From contig CAVTLK010000005.1 of assembly GCA_963735595.1 (NCBI GenBank), positions 768,001-832,000 of the forward strand: a stretch of DNA of 64,000 nt, in the 5' to 3' direction. A program made the position numbers and the translations under genes. Source of the stretch: an uncultured delta proteobacterium (GTDB lineage Bacteria > Desulfobacterota > Zymogenia > Zymogenales > Zymogenaceae). The notes beneath the pieces were generated by a model. It was not told the origin of the DNA. It did no database searches and was given only the letters and a program-made list of their open reading frames with translations. Below are positions 20,207 to 29,662 of the stretch, piece after piece. Every line of letters starts with the position of its first letter. The first letter of the stretch is position 1.

Positions 20207-21348
20207 ACGATCTGGTAATTACAAACGCCCGGGTAATCCTCCCCGATACCGTGACCGAGGCCGACGACGTCCTGATCTCCGGAGGCGTAATCGCCGCGAT
20301 CGGCCCGGGGTTGGCGCGGGGGCGGGCAGACATGTTGGACGCGGAAGACGCCTATCTCTGTCCGGGCCTGGTGGATATCCATATCCACGGGGCGGCCGGC
20401 GTTATGTGTGACCGGGCCGGGGTGCGGGAGCTTGGCGCGATGTCAATGGTCCTGGCGCGTCTCGGAACGACCTCGTTTCTCCCAACAATAGCCTCCTCCG
20501 AGAAGGATATGACATTAGGAGTGCTTGCGGCAATTCGGGAAGCTTCCGCAGCCGTCGAGGGCGCCCGCATTTTAGGCGCTCACATGGAAGGACCCTATCT
20601 CAATCCGGTCCGGGCCGGCGCTCAGCGGCCGGATACCCTGCGCACCTATTCGGAGGGCGACCTCTCCGACTATCTCGATGCGGCGGGGGGGACGCTCTCC
20701 ATCATGGGCCTTGCCCCCGAGATGCCGGGGGCAACCGACCTGATCGATGATCTCGTTGGCGCGGGGCTCGTCCCGGGGGCGGTGCATACCGACGCCACAT
20801 ACGACGAGGCCGTCGGCGCGTTCAAACGGGGGCTGAGGCTGGCGTGCCACACCTTTAACGCCATGCGCCCGGTGCATCACCGGGAACCGGGGATTGCAGT
20901 TGCGGCGCTGCTGGCGTCCGACGTATTCTGTGAGTTCATCGCCGACGGTTTTCACCTGGCGTTGCCCATGATCGAGCTTGCCTACCGGGTAAAGGGCCCC
21001 GAACGAATGATCATCGTATCGGATGCGGTTGCGCCGGGCGTACCGGAAGGTGATTACGATTTCTTCGGAACGAAAACCCGCGTGGAGGCCGGCAGGGTCT
21101 TTTTCCCCGAGAACGGCGTCCTGGCGGGAAGCGCCAGCCCCCTCTTGGCGGGCGCCAGGAATCTCCACGCACGCGCAGCGATCCCGCTCGCCCACATCAT
21201 CCGTGCGGCCTCTCTTAACCCTGCAACCCTCATCTGCCGCGACAAAGAGGTAGGGAGCATTGCCGTGGGGAAACGCGCCGACCTCTTGTTTTTAAATAAG
21301 AGTTTGGATATACTGAGGGTGTGGATCGGGGGCAGGGAAATCACGTAA
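20203..21348 (+). CDS. nagA: N-acetylglucosamine-6-phosphate deacetylase
   Basis: PGLVDIHIHG, HMEGPY, LAPE, HTDA, HTFNAM, DGFH, SDA, LAGS. Confidence 0.9.
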   Translation: MNDLVITNARVILPDTVTEADDVLISGGVIAAIGPGLARGRADMLDAEDAYLCPGLVDIHIHGAAGVMCDRAGVRELGAMSMVLARLGTTSFLPTIASSEKDMTLGVLAAIREASAAVEGARILGAHMEGPYLNPVRAGAQRPDTLRTYSEGDLSDYLDAAGGTLSIMGLAPEMPGATDLIDDLVGAGLVPGAVHTDATYDEAVGAFKRGLRLACHTFNAMRPVHHREPGIAVAALLASDVFCEFIADGFHLALPMIELAYRVKGPERMIIVSDAVAPGVPEGDYDFFGTKTRVEAGRVFFPENGVLAGSASPLLAGARNLHARAAIPLAHIIRAASLNPATLICRDKEVGSIAVGKRADLLFLNKSLDILRVWIGGREIT

Positions 21349-21498
21349 GGTGGCCGAGGCGCTTCTCTCCATCGGGACAGCCGTCATTTTCCGCCTCGGT
21401 AGGCGCATCAAATGCGAGACGAGCGTTTCGTGAAATGAAGACACGCCCGTCTCACGGTCGCCCGTTTCCCGGGCTCTGGGGTAACGGAGCCTTAATAT

Positions 21499-21531
21499 GA
21501 TCTGACAGGGGATCTGACAGCGGTCCGACAG
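21499..21531 (+). repeat. Three short direct repeats upstream of the ferredoxin RBS
   Basis: GATCTGACAG (21499), GATCTGACAG (21511), GGTCCGACAG (21522). Confidence 0.6.
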
Positions 21532-21543
21532 GGAGGATATCAA

Positions 21544-21738
21544 ATGGCCAAAAAACCGTACGTGGATCAGGACGTGTGCACCGGGTGCGAGACCTGCATC
21601 GACGTCTGCCCGGGAGTTTTCCGGCTTACCGACGATATGGTGGCCGAGGTATTCAATCCTACGGGGGCGACTGCAGAAGAGATCCAGGAAGCGATCGAAT
21701 CCTGCCCGGTGGAATGTATCAGCTGGGTTGAGGGGTAA
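21544..21738 (+). CDS. Monocluster 4Fe-4S ferredoxin
   Basis: CTGCETCIDVCP...CPVECI; 64 aa; GGAGG RBS. Confidence 0.92.
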   Translation: MAKKPYVDQDVCTGCETCIDVCPGVFRLTDDMVAEVFNPTGATAEEIQEAIESCPVECISWVEG

Positions 21739-21739
21739 A

Positions 21740-21774
21740 AAACGCCCCGCACGTCTCTTTCGTGCGGGGCGTTT
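21740..21774. terminator. Bidirectional intrinsic terminator
   Basis: 14-bp stem AAACGCCCCGCACG/CGTGCGGGGCGTTT between convergent genes. Confidence 0.8.
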
Positions 21775-21809
21775 GGACACTATTCCCGTATGAAACGGCC
21801 TCCGGCCGC

Positions 21810-22969
21810 TTAGTACCTGATCTCGAGGTCGGACGTCGGGTATGCAAGGCACGAGTGGATGTAGTTGAACCACCGGTCGGCCTCCCGCACGGTAACGCGA
21901 TCGGGCATATAGGCCGTACCCGTGACCACCTTCGTCCGACAGAGGCTGCATTCGCCGCTCCGGCACTGGCTGGGGATGACCAGCCCCGCCCGCTCGATGG
22001 CGACGATGATAGGCTCGGAAGCCCTCGCCTTGATGGTCTGCTTCCCGTTGACGCTGATAGAAAAGACCGCGTCAGGCTTGACAGACGCGGGCCATCCCGG
22101 TTCCCTGGTGACGTCGGTCGGCGGACCCGAAGATTCTTTCTTGATCCTCCGGCCCGGCACGCCCAGCTTGATAAGCTCCGGTTCCACGAACCGGTACATC
22201 AGCTCGGGCCCGCAGAGATAGAAGGTCTTTCCCTTTACATCCCCCACGCACTTTTTTATCACGTCGCCGGTAATGAATCCGGTCGTTCCCTTATAGCCGG
22301 GTCCCGGCTCCGAAACCACGAGTTCACAGCGGATATTCTTATGCCGATCGGTGATGCCCGCAAGCTCCTCTCCGAAGATCACATCGTCGGTAGTCCTCGT
22401 CCCGTAGATGAGCCGGATGTTCATGTCCAGCGAGCGCTCCGTCACCTCCCGGATGATGCTCCGAAAGGGCGTGACGCCTGACCCCCCGGCGATGAACACG
22501 AGGTCTTTACCGTCGGTCAGTGGCTCATGATAAAAGAACCCGGCGGGCCCGGAGATCTGGAACTCGTCTCCGGCCTTGACCGTGTCGATCAGGTAGGACG
22601 AGACGAAGCCCGGATCCATTCTTCTGACCGTCAGCTCATAAAAGCCCCGCTGGTGGGGGGGGAGGATATCGAGAAGGCCCGGCCGGTCTTTACGTTTCCG
22701 ATGGTGACTTCCCAGTTGACGTACTGCCCCGCACGAAAGGGGGGAAGGTAGCCGTCAACGGGGGACAGGCGGAAGGTCTTAGCGGAGGCGGTCTCTCCAA
22801 AGATATCCGCTACCCTGACCGCGATTTTTTTGGGGTGGAGCAGCTTGACGTAGCTTTCCGCGAAATCCTTAGGGATGGATAAATCGCCGAAGACGTGTTT
22901 GAGCGTCTCACGCTCGGCAACGGCCTCCCCGAATCCCTCGACATGCCCCATGAATTCTTTTATATCCAT
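21810..22969 (-). CDS. FAD/NAD-binding oxidoreductase with C-terminal 2Fe-2S domain (frameshifted near 22630-22660)
   Basis: FRAGQY, RAFSISS, GFVS, IAGGSGVTP, YLCGP, CRSGECSLC...C. Confidence 0.85.
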
Positions 22970-22979
22970 CGTCTTCTCC

Positions 22980-24482
22980 TTACAAAAGCATTTTAAGGGC
23001 ACGCCCTCCGGCGATTGACCCTGACATGATCGAGGGCTGGTAACCGCCTCCGGGGATTGTCCATGCGGAGGCAAAAAAGAGGCCTTTGATGGGAGTATTA
23101 TGCCTGAGCCTCAGCAGGCCGGAGTCGGAGAGGTATTGGTCGAAGCCGTATATCGCCCCGCCGATGTTCCCGGTGTAGCGCATGTTGGTGATGGGGGTGG
23201 AGACTTCGACGACCTCCATGTGCTCGCGGAGGCCCGGGTGGAATTTCTCCGCGATATCGAGCGCCGCGTCCGCAAACCGGTTCTTGGCGTCCACGTACCG
23301 GTCGGGGGGCACGAGATACCAGGGCCGTGCGTAGGAGGCAAGAAGGATATTGCCCAGGGTCGTCCCCGGGGGGGAGACGTCGGGATCGGTCATGTTATAA
23401 AAGGTCAGGAATATCCCCTCGGGAGGATCCAGGGTAAAGGCCTTCTCCCAAATCGGGTCGGCGTTCGCGGAAAAGTTGAGGTAGTTCTCGTGGACCTTGC
23501 CGCCGACCGCCTCCGGCGGGCAATCGAGCCCGAAAAATACATTGACCAGCGAAAAGCCCGGGATTCGGCTGTTGAGGTCGCGCATGTATTCCCGCGGGAC
23601 GGCGTCGATACCCACGAGGTTGATCATGGCCGCAAGCGGGTTGGCGTTGGAGATCACCGTGGTCGCCGTGATCTCTTCGTCCTCGTCGGTGATGACGCCG
23701 GTGACCTTGCCGCCGCCCGTGGTGATCTTCCTGGCCCCACAGTTGAACCGCACCTCTCCGCCGTTTTCGGTAAGAGACTCGATGAAGGCGTTGGAGAGGG
23801 CCTGGCAGCGCCCCCTGATGTGGTTGGGCGGCGTATCCAGGAAGGACTCCCACGCGGCCGACATCAGGTGGAACGGAACCTTGGAGGGGGGGAGGCCCAG
23901 GTATCCCCAGTAGGGTGAGAGCACGGTCTTGAGGTCCTGGTCGGTGATAAAGGCGTCCAGGACCTCCTGGTAGGTTTTCATGCCGTACTTGACGAACGTG
24001 GGCAGTGAGGCGGGGTCAAGATCGGTGCCGCGCATCGACGCGGCCTTGATGACCGCCGCGAAGTCGCTCATCATGGTCCTGGAGGCCTCGAAGAACCGAT
24101 CGATCCCCTCGGCCTGTTTCGGGAAGTGTCCGATCAGATACTCCATGATCTTATCCCTGCCGGCGGGGATGGTCATGTCTATGTTTTTGTCGGCAATTCG
24201 GAAAAGGTCGGTCATGGGGAGAAACGTAAGCTTTCCGGCGACGCCCAGGTAATCGAGGTAATTATAGAGGCTGCCGCGGGCGTCGGGCGGGCCGATTGCC
24301 GAGAGGTCGTGCAGGGAGACGTCAAACTCGAACCGCCCCCGACAGAACGTCGTCGCATAGCCGCCCGGGATATTGTGGCGCTCCAGGAGGAGAACGGACC
24401 TTCCGTTCTTGGCCAGGTATGCCGCAGCCGACATACCCCCCAGCCCCGCCCCGATGACCACCGCGTCATAGTGTTTGGCCAT
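22980..24482 (-). CDS. Phytoene desaturase family (COG1233) FAD oxidoreductase
   Basis: GAGLGG, ERHNIPGG, FEFDVSLH, TPITNMRYTGNIGGAIYG, PGGG. Confidence 0.9.
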   Translation of the reverse strand: MAKHYDAVVIGAGLGGMSAAAYLAKNGRSVLLLERHNIPGGYATTFCRGRFEFDVSLHDLSAIGPPDARGSLYNYLDYLGVAGKLTFLPMTDLFRIADKNIDMTIPAGRDKIMEYLIGHFPKQAEGIDRFFEASRTMMSDFAAVIKAASMRGTDLDPASLPTFVKYGMKTYQEVLDAFITDQDLKTVLSPYWGYLGLPPSKVPFHLMSAAWESFLDTPPNHIRGRCQALSNAFIESLTENGGEVRFNCGARKITTGGGKVTGVITDEDEEITATTVISNANPLAAMINLVGIDAVPREYMRDLNSRIPGFSLVNVFFGLDCPPEAVGGKVHENYLNFSANADPIWEKAFTLDPPEGIFLTFYNMTDPDVSPPGTTLGNILLASYARPWYLVPPDRYVDAKNRFADAALDIAEKFHPGLREHMEVVEVSTPITNMRYTGNIGGAIYGFDQYLSDSGLLRLRHNTPIKGLFFASAWTIPGGGYQPSIMSGSIAGGRALKMLL

Positions 24483-24598
24483 CTAAAGACTCCTTTGGTT
24501 ATGATGTTAAATGATTTCGTATCGCCGTGGATGCGTATCATATATAAGGCAGGCAACGGGCCGCGGTCCACGGTCGTTCACACAAGACGAGAAGACTA

Positions 24599-24618
24599 AA
24601 TTATTCAGTCGAATAATT
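24599..24618. promoter_or_regulatory. Candidate repressor operator
   Basis: Perfect inverted repeat AATTATTC-AGTC-GAATAATT about 120 bp upstream of the desaturase-family gene. Confidence 0.5.
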
Positions 24619-24786
24619 CATTCCTTGCTATCAACGAAAACTACCCACTCTCCCGATAGTCAAACGCGGCCGGCACAACGGACGGCATCGCGGCCGTCGG
24701 CACCTGATTATGCTCATACCCGGGATTCTCGTTGACAGTCCTACGGCATATCGGGCGCCCGGTCCAGAAACACGGGCGCCGAAATA

Positions 24787-26793
24787 TCAAATCGTTAGCG
24801 CTTCCTCGAACCCTTCCCGCACCGCATCGGTTATTTTGCGGGGGGCCTTGGCGTCGCCGATGGTGATGACCGAAATCCCGTCCTTTTGGACGGAGGAGGC
24901 GAGCTCGTTGACCGAACGCGCGCCCACGGCGATTATCACGGTGTCTGCCGGTATGGCCTGTTTGCCCTTGCCGGTTTCAACGACCACGGCGTCGTCGGTG
25001 ATTTCCAGGAGCCTGGTGCCGGGCATGAGTTTTACCCCCATCAGCTTCAGGCTCTTCATGAGGGACCAGCGGGAGGTCTTGCTGACGTTATCGGCGATGC
25101 GATCCACCATGTCGATAACGACGACCTCTCTTCCCGGCTTGTGGAGGAGCCCCATAGCGAGGAGGGGGTCCTCGGCGTTGTGGTACATGAGAAACGTGAA
25201 GGCCTCGGGGTCGGGGACGCCCATCGCCGTGAGGTAGTGGGCGGTCTCACACCCGGTGGCGCTGCCGCCGACGATCACCACGCGCTTACCGATATCGGCA
25301 ATTTTATCGGACAATACGTTCCACGCGCTTACGACGTGGGGCTTATCGATCCCCGGGACCTTGATGTCTATGGGGCGCGCCCCGGTGGCCACCACCAGGT
25401 AGTCGGGCCGTTGTTCCTTGACGATTGTTTCGGTGAGGGCGAGCCCCGCCTTGATCGTGACGCCGAAGTGCTCCATCCGGCCTTTCATGGAGTCGATGAT
25501 CTTCTGGAGCTCGTGTTTTCCCGGGGGGACCTTGGCCAGGTTGACCTGTCCGCCGAGGCTGGTATCTTTCTCGTAGAGAGTAACGTCGTGCCCCCGTGCG
25601 GCGGCGGTCAGGGCAAACTCCATCCCGCCGGGACCACCGCCCGCCACAATGACCTTCTTCTTGTTCCTGGCTGGCGTAATCCTGACTTCATTCTCCCGGC
25701 CGACGGTCGGGTTCAGGACACAGTGGACGGCTTTCCCGTAAAAAATCGAATCGAAGCAGCCCTGGTTGCAGGCAATACACGAGACGATCTCATCAAGTCG
25801 TCCTTCCCTGACCTTGTTGGGCAGGTCCGGATCGGCGATCAACGGCCGTCCCCAGCAGATCATGTCGGCCGATCCGGCCCTGAGCACCTTTTCGGCCAGG
25901 GCAGGGTCGCCCAGGCGGTTGGAGGCAAAGACCGGCACGGTAACCTTTTCCTTTATCCCGCGGGCAAGGTAGACATAGACGCCCGCCGGGACGTTGGTGG
26001 TCAGCTGGGGTACGTTGGTCTCGTGCCAGCCGCCGGTCACGTTGACGGCGTCCACGCCGGACTTTTGTGCCGCCGCCGCAAATGCCGCCGATTCCTTGTT
26101 CGTATGGCCTCCATCCATAAAGTCGTTTCCGGCGATACGAATCCCGACGGCGGTATCCGGCCCGACGGCCTCGCGCACGGCGCCGATGACCTCGATTCCA
26201 AAGCGCATCCTATTTTCTATAGGGCCGCCGTATTCGTCCGTCCGCCGGTTGGTGACCGGGGACAGGAACTGGCTGATCAGGTAGCCCGTGCAGGCGATAA
26301 TCTCGATATAGTCAAAGCCCGCCTCTTTGGCCCGCCGTGCCGCCGAGGCAAACGCCGCCTTGACCGTCTCTATGTCGTCCTTGGTCATGGCGCGGGGCGT
26401 TTCCTTGGTCAGCCGGCTGGGGATGGCCGAGGGCCCGATGGAGGTCATGCCGGAGAAGGTGGAGTAGGCGTATCGGCCCATGTGAAACAACTGGGTGCCG
26501 ATGGCGGCGTCGGTGGTTTTACGCATCTCGTCGACAAACACGCGCAGCGGTTCGACGAACCGGTCCTCGAAGAGCCCGGGCATAAAGGGGGCGCTTCCGA
26601 CCCGGTCCACTGCCAGCGGCCCGACGACCATGAGCCCCGCACCGCCGCGGCCGCGCTCGCGGTAGAACGAACAATAGCGCTCGTTGAAGGAATAGTCGTC
26701 CGTCATGAAGAGGCCCATTGCGGGCATGACGATCCTGTTCTTGACGCGGGTCTTATTGATGGTAATCGGCTCAAAGAGCTTGATGAAGTCCAT
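24787..26793 (-). CDS. fadH: NADPH-dependent 2,4-dienoyl-CoA reductase (OYE + 4Fe-4S + FAD)
   Basis: KNRIVMPAM, GYLISQFLSP, RTDEYGG, CIACNQGC, GGGPGG, GGQ. Confidence 0.8.
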   Translation of the reverse strand: MDFIKLFEPITINKTRVKNRIVMPAMGLFMTDDYSFNERYCSFYRERGRGGAGLMVVGPLAVDRVGSAPFMPGLFEDRFVEPLRVFVDEMRKTTDAAIGTQLFHMGRYAYSTFSGMTSIGPSAIPSRLTKETPRAMTKDDIETVKAAFASAARRAKEAGFDYIEIIACTGYLISQFLSPVTNRRTDEYGGPIENRMRFGIEVIGAVREAVGPDTAVGIRIAGNDFMDGGHTNKESAAFAAAAQKSGVDAVNVTGGWHETNVPQLTTNVPAGVYVYLARGIKEKVTVPVFASNRLGDPALAEKVLRAGSADMICWGRPLIADPDLPNKVREGRLDEIVSCIACNQGCFDSIFYGKAVHCVLNPTVGRENEVRITPARNKKKVIVAGGGPGGMEFALTAAARGHDVTLYEKDTSLGGQVNLAKVPPGKHELQKIIDSMKGRMEHFGVTIKAGLALTETIVKEQRPDYLVVATGARPIDIKVPGIDKPHVVSAWNVLSDKIADIGKRVVIVGGSATGCETAHYLTAMGVPDPEAFTFLMYHNAEDPLLAMGLLHKPGREVVVIDMVDRIADNVSKTSRWSLMKSLKLMGVKLMPGTRLLEITDDAVVVETGKGKQAIPADTVIIAVGARSVNELASSVQKDGISVITIGDAKAPRKITDAVREGFEEALTI

Positions 26794-26882
26794 AGGTATC
26801 TCTTTTTCTCCGTCTCCCGGTTTTGGGGTCGGTAATAGTCTACGGTCCCGGTCACGGGGCGGCGCCGGCCGGCGCCGCATCG

Positions 26883-27362
26883 CTACGGTTTCGGGAACGG
26901 GCTGGGGATCCCCTCCGGCATCTTCCTGATCTGCCAGGTCCCGTTGACGATCGAGACCACCTCGCCGGATGCGTCCTTGATTTCAAGGGACAGCGCGAAG
27001 TCAGCCTTGCCCTTTTCGCCGGCTTCATTCTGGATGCGGTCGGCCTCTTCTTTGGTGATGGCGACCTCCAGCGTCACGTCGGTCAGCGCCGGACGCCTGA
27101 AGCGTATGCTGACCTCCTTGACTATCGGCACATACTTCTCCGTGTCGAAGCTCGCGCCGTGGATGACGCCGCCGGATATCTCGCCGATCGAAAACAACGA
27201 CCCGGCGTACATCATGCCGATGTGGTTGGCGTTTCCCTCCAGCGGCATCCTAATTTTCACGTAGCGCTCGCTCATGTCGACAATCGTAAGCCCCGTCCGC
27301 TTTATGGCCGGGATGCCGTTCTGGCAGTAGTCGGCGATGACTTTATATTGTTTCTCGATCAT
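26883..27362 (-). CDS. Hotdog-fold thioesterase (PaaI/YiiD C-terminal-like)
   Basis: NANHIGMMYAGSLF, IRFRRPA. Confidence 0.8.
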   Translation of the reverse strand: MIEKQYKVIADYCQNGIPAIKRTGLTIVDMSERYVKIRMPLEGNANHIGMMYAGSLFSIGEISGGVIHGASFDTEKYVPIVKEVSIRFRRPALTDVTLEVAITKEEADRIQNEAGEKGKADFALSLEIKDASGEVVSIVNGTWQIRKMPEGIPSPFPKP

Positions 27363-27399
27363 ACATTCCTCCCTTTTCGTGGATGAAACGGCGCGGCGC

Positions 27400-28209
27400 C
27401 TATTTCCGCTTCCATTGGGGGTCCCGCTTATTGATAAGGGCCTGGACCCCCTCCTTGAAGTCGTCTGTGCGCAGCAGCATGCTCTGCATGCCGACCTCCA
27501 TGTCCAAATGAGTCATGAGGTCCACCCCCTCGCCCCGCTTGATAACCCGTTTGGCCGCGCCGACGGCAAGGGGTGCCATCTTGATGATGTCGCGGGCCAT
27601 GTTATCGGCCTCCTCCATGAGGCGGTCCGGGGGGTAGATGTAGTTGACGATTCCCCAGTCGAGCGCCTGCTGCGCGGAGTACATCCGCCCGGTCATGAGG
27701 ATCTCCATCGCCCGGGACTGGCCGACGATGCGGGCCAGCCGCGCCGTGCCGCCGAGATCGGGGATGAGGCCGAACTTGAGCTCCTGCATCCCCCACTGGC
27801 AGTCATCGCTCATCAGCCGGATGTCGCAGATCAGCGAGAACTCGAGGCCCAGGCCGTAGACCCGGCTGTGCATGGCGCAGATGATGGGGATCTCGATGGT
27901 CTCCAGCCGGTTAAGGAAGTACTGGAACCGGTGAATATCGGCGCGGATCGGTGCGCCGCCGGCCGCCGAATCGGGCATGAACCGGCCGACCAGGGCGCCC
28001 AGCGAGTTGAAATCGACGCCGGCCGAGAAGAGCTTCCCCTCGCCCTTGAGGATGATCACGCGGATCTCGGGATCGACGATCAGATCCTCGACCATCTGCG
28101 ATATCTGTCCGAGCATCTCAAAGGAGATGGCGTTTCTCTTGTCCGGCCGGTTGAGGGTTATATAGAAGATGTTTCCCTTCTTTTCTCCGAGGACCGTTTG
28201 TTCAGTCAT
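27400..28209 (-). CDS. Enoyl-CoA hydratase/isomerase
   Basis: LNRPDKRNA, FSAGVD, GLGLE, ELKFGLIPDLGG. GGAGG RBS. Confidence 0.92.
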   Translation of the reverse strand: MTEQTVLGEKKGNIFYITLNRPDKRNAISFEMLGQISQMVEDLIVDPEIRVIILKGEGKLFSAGVDFNSLGALVGRFMPDSAAGGAPIRADIHRFQYFLNRLETIEIPIICAMHSRVYGLGLEFSLICDIRLMSDDCQWGMQELKFGLIPDLGGTARLARIVGQSRAMEILMTGRMYSAQQALDWGIVNYIYPPDRLMEEADNMARDIIKMAPLAVGAAKRVIKRGEGVDLMTHLDMEVGMQSMLLRTDDFKEGVQALINKRDPQWKRK

Positions 28210-28256
28210 ATCATCCTCCCGTCCGCCCCGGTTTCTATTCCCTGGGCCGATCCCCG

Positions 28257-29249
28257 TTATGCGGACAGCTTCTTCTTGGTTTTTTCGAGCTGCTCGACGG
28301 CCTCCTTGGCCATACGATCCAACAGTTCCTTGACGGTGGGGATATCCTTGATAAAGCCGATAGACTGGCCCACCATGAGCGGGGCATAGTCCACGTCCCC
28401 GGTCTTCCATGACTGGTTGATGCGGTCGCCGGCCATGAGGGGGATGAGCTCCTCGAGGCCGCCGCCCCGGGCTTCTATGGCCAGGATGTCGGCAATGTTC
28501 TTGCTCTTGAGGGCGCGTCCCTGCAGGCCGATGGACTTTCCGAAGAGGGTCGTGTCGTTTTCCTGTCGATCAATCAATTCCTGCTTGATCTTATCGTGGC
28601 AGTCGCAGTCCTTGGTGGCGATGAAACGCGAGGCCATCATCACGCCCTCGGCCCCGAGGGTAAGGGCGGCCGCCACGGACCTGCCGTCGGAAATGCCGCC
28701 CACGGTGACTACCGGGATCTTGACCATTTCGGTGATCCGGGGGGTCAGCACCATGGTGGTGACGTCGTCGTTGAGGGGGTGGCCGCCTTCCTCGATGCCG
28801 GCGGCGAAGATGCCGTCGTACCCGGCCTTTTCGGCGTGGACGGCGTGCCTGACCGCGCCGACCTTGTGGAACATCTTGACGCCGGCCTTCTTGAGCATAT
28901 CGACGGCCTCCGGCCCGATGCCCTTGTCGAGGGGGCTGCCGGAAACCTCGATGCCGGCGACCTTCTCCTCGGCGCACACCTTGACGTACATCTTGTGGTG
29001 CTCCGAGGATATACGCACGGAGGGGAGGATCGTTATGCCGACGAAAAAGGGTTTATCGGTCAGTTTTTTCGTTTCCCTGATCGCGTTTCTGAAGTCATCC
29101 TCGGAGTTCCAGTTACCCGCGGTAATATTCCCGATACCGCCGGCGTTGCTGATGGCGGCGCAGAGCTTGGGGGTGCACAGCCACATCATCGCCCCGCAGA
29201 TGATGGGGTACTTGACGCCGAACATTTCGGTGATCTTGGTCTTGAACAT
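28257..29249 (-). CDS. Nitronate monooxygenase/FabK-like flavin enoyl reductase
   Basis: YPIICGAM, SNAGG, EEGGH, GGISDG, GAEGV. Confidence 0.88.
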   Translation of the reverse strand: MFKTKITEMFGVKYPIICGAMMWLCTPKLCAAISNAGGIGNITAGNWNSEDDFRNAIRETKKLTDKPFFVGITILPSVRISSEHHKMYVKVCAEEKVAGIEVSGSPLDKGIGPEAVDMLKKAGVKMFHKVGAVRHAVHAEKAGYDGIFAAGIEEGGHPLNDDVTTMVLTPRITEMVKIPVVTVGGISDGRSVAAALTLGAEGVMMASRFIATKDCDCHDKIKQELIDRQENDTTLFGKSIGLQGRALKSKNIADILAIEARGGGLEELIPLMAGDRINQSWKTGDVDYAPLMVGQSIGFIKDIPTVKELLDRMAKEAVEQLEKTKKKLSA

Positions 29250-29348
29250 GAGTTCCTCCTACTCCTAATGGGGGTTTTGCCGGATATTGTGGTCTGTCTG
29301 TTAGGTTCCTTTTTGTCGCGCCAGCCGGGTGCCGGAGGCGGTAACTAT

Positions 29349-29405
29349 CTTAAAGTATAACTTTAAGCTTTATGACTTTATAGCAGACCCATGCTGCCGT
29401 GTCAA
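29349..29405 (-). promoter_or_regulatory. Sigma70 promoter plus downstream palindromic operator of the lipid operon
   Basis: Minus strand TTGACA-N17-TATAAA (29405-29377). Perfect IR CTTAAAGT-ATA-ACTTTAAG at 29349-29367. Confidence 0.72.
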
Positions 29406-29615
29406 TAGTTTTCGGCGGTTTGGAAGCTTTTTCCTGGGGTGACCGTCAGGAATTTGAGATCGGATACCGATCGAAATTCGCACGCGGGAAGTGAGGATTT
29501 GGTCTCTTTCCCTTGACCGGGCGGGCGTATCGGATCGGCACGGGGCTATCGGCTCGCTTACGGGGGTCCAATCGCCGGAAAGCCCGGCGACCCTGACACG
29601 GAGTCGGGCAGTTAT

Positions 29616-29643
29616 AAAAAAGCGGGGGGCATGCCCCCCGCTT
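29616..29643 (-). terminator. Intrinsic terminator of the MFS gene
   Basis: AAGCGGGGGGCATGCCCCCCGCTT palindrome followed by a T-run on the minus strand. Confidence 0.75.
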
Positions 29644-29662
29644 CGCTTAACGTATGGCCCCG

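Noticed and set aside
24886..26835. 649-aa + strand ORF
   Set aside because: Antisense shadow of fadH caused by high-GC codon bias; no motifs.
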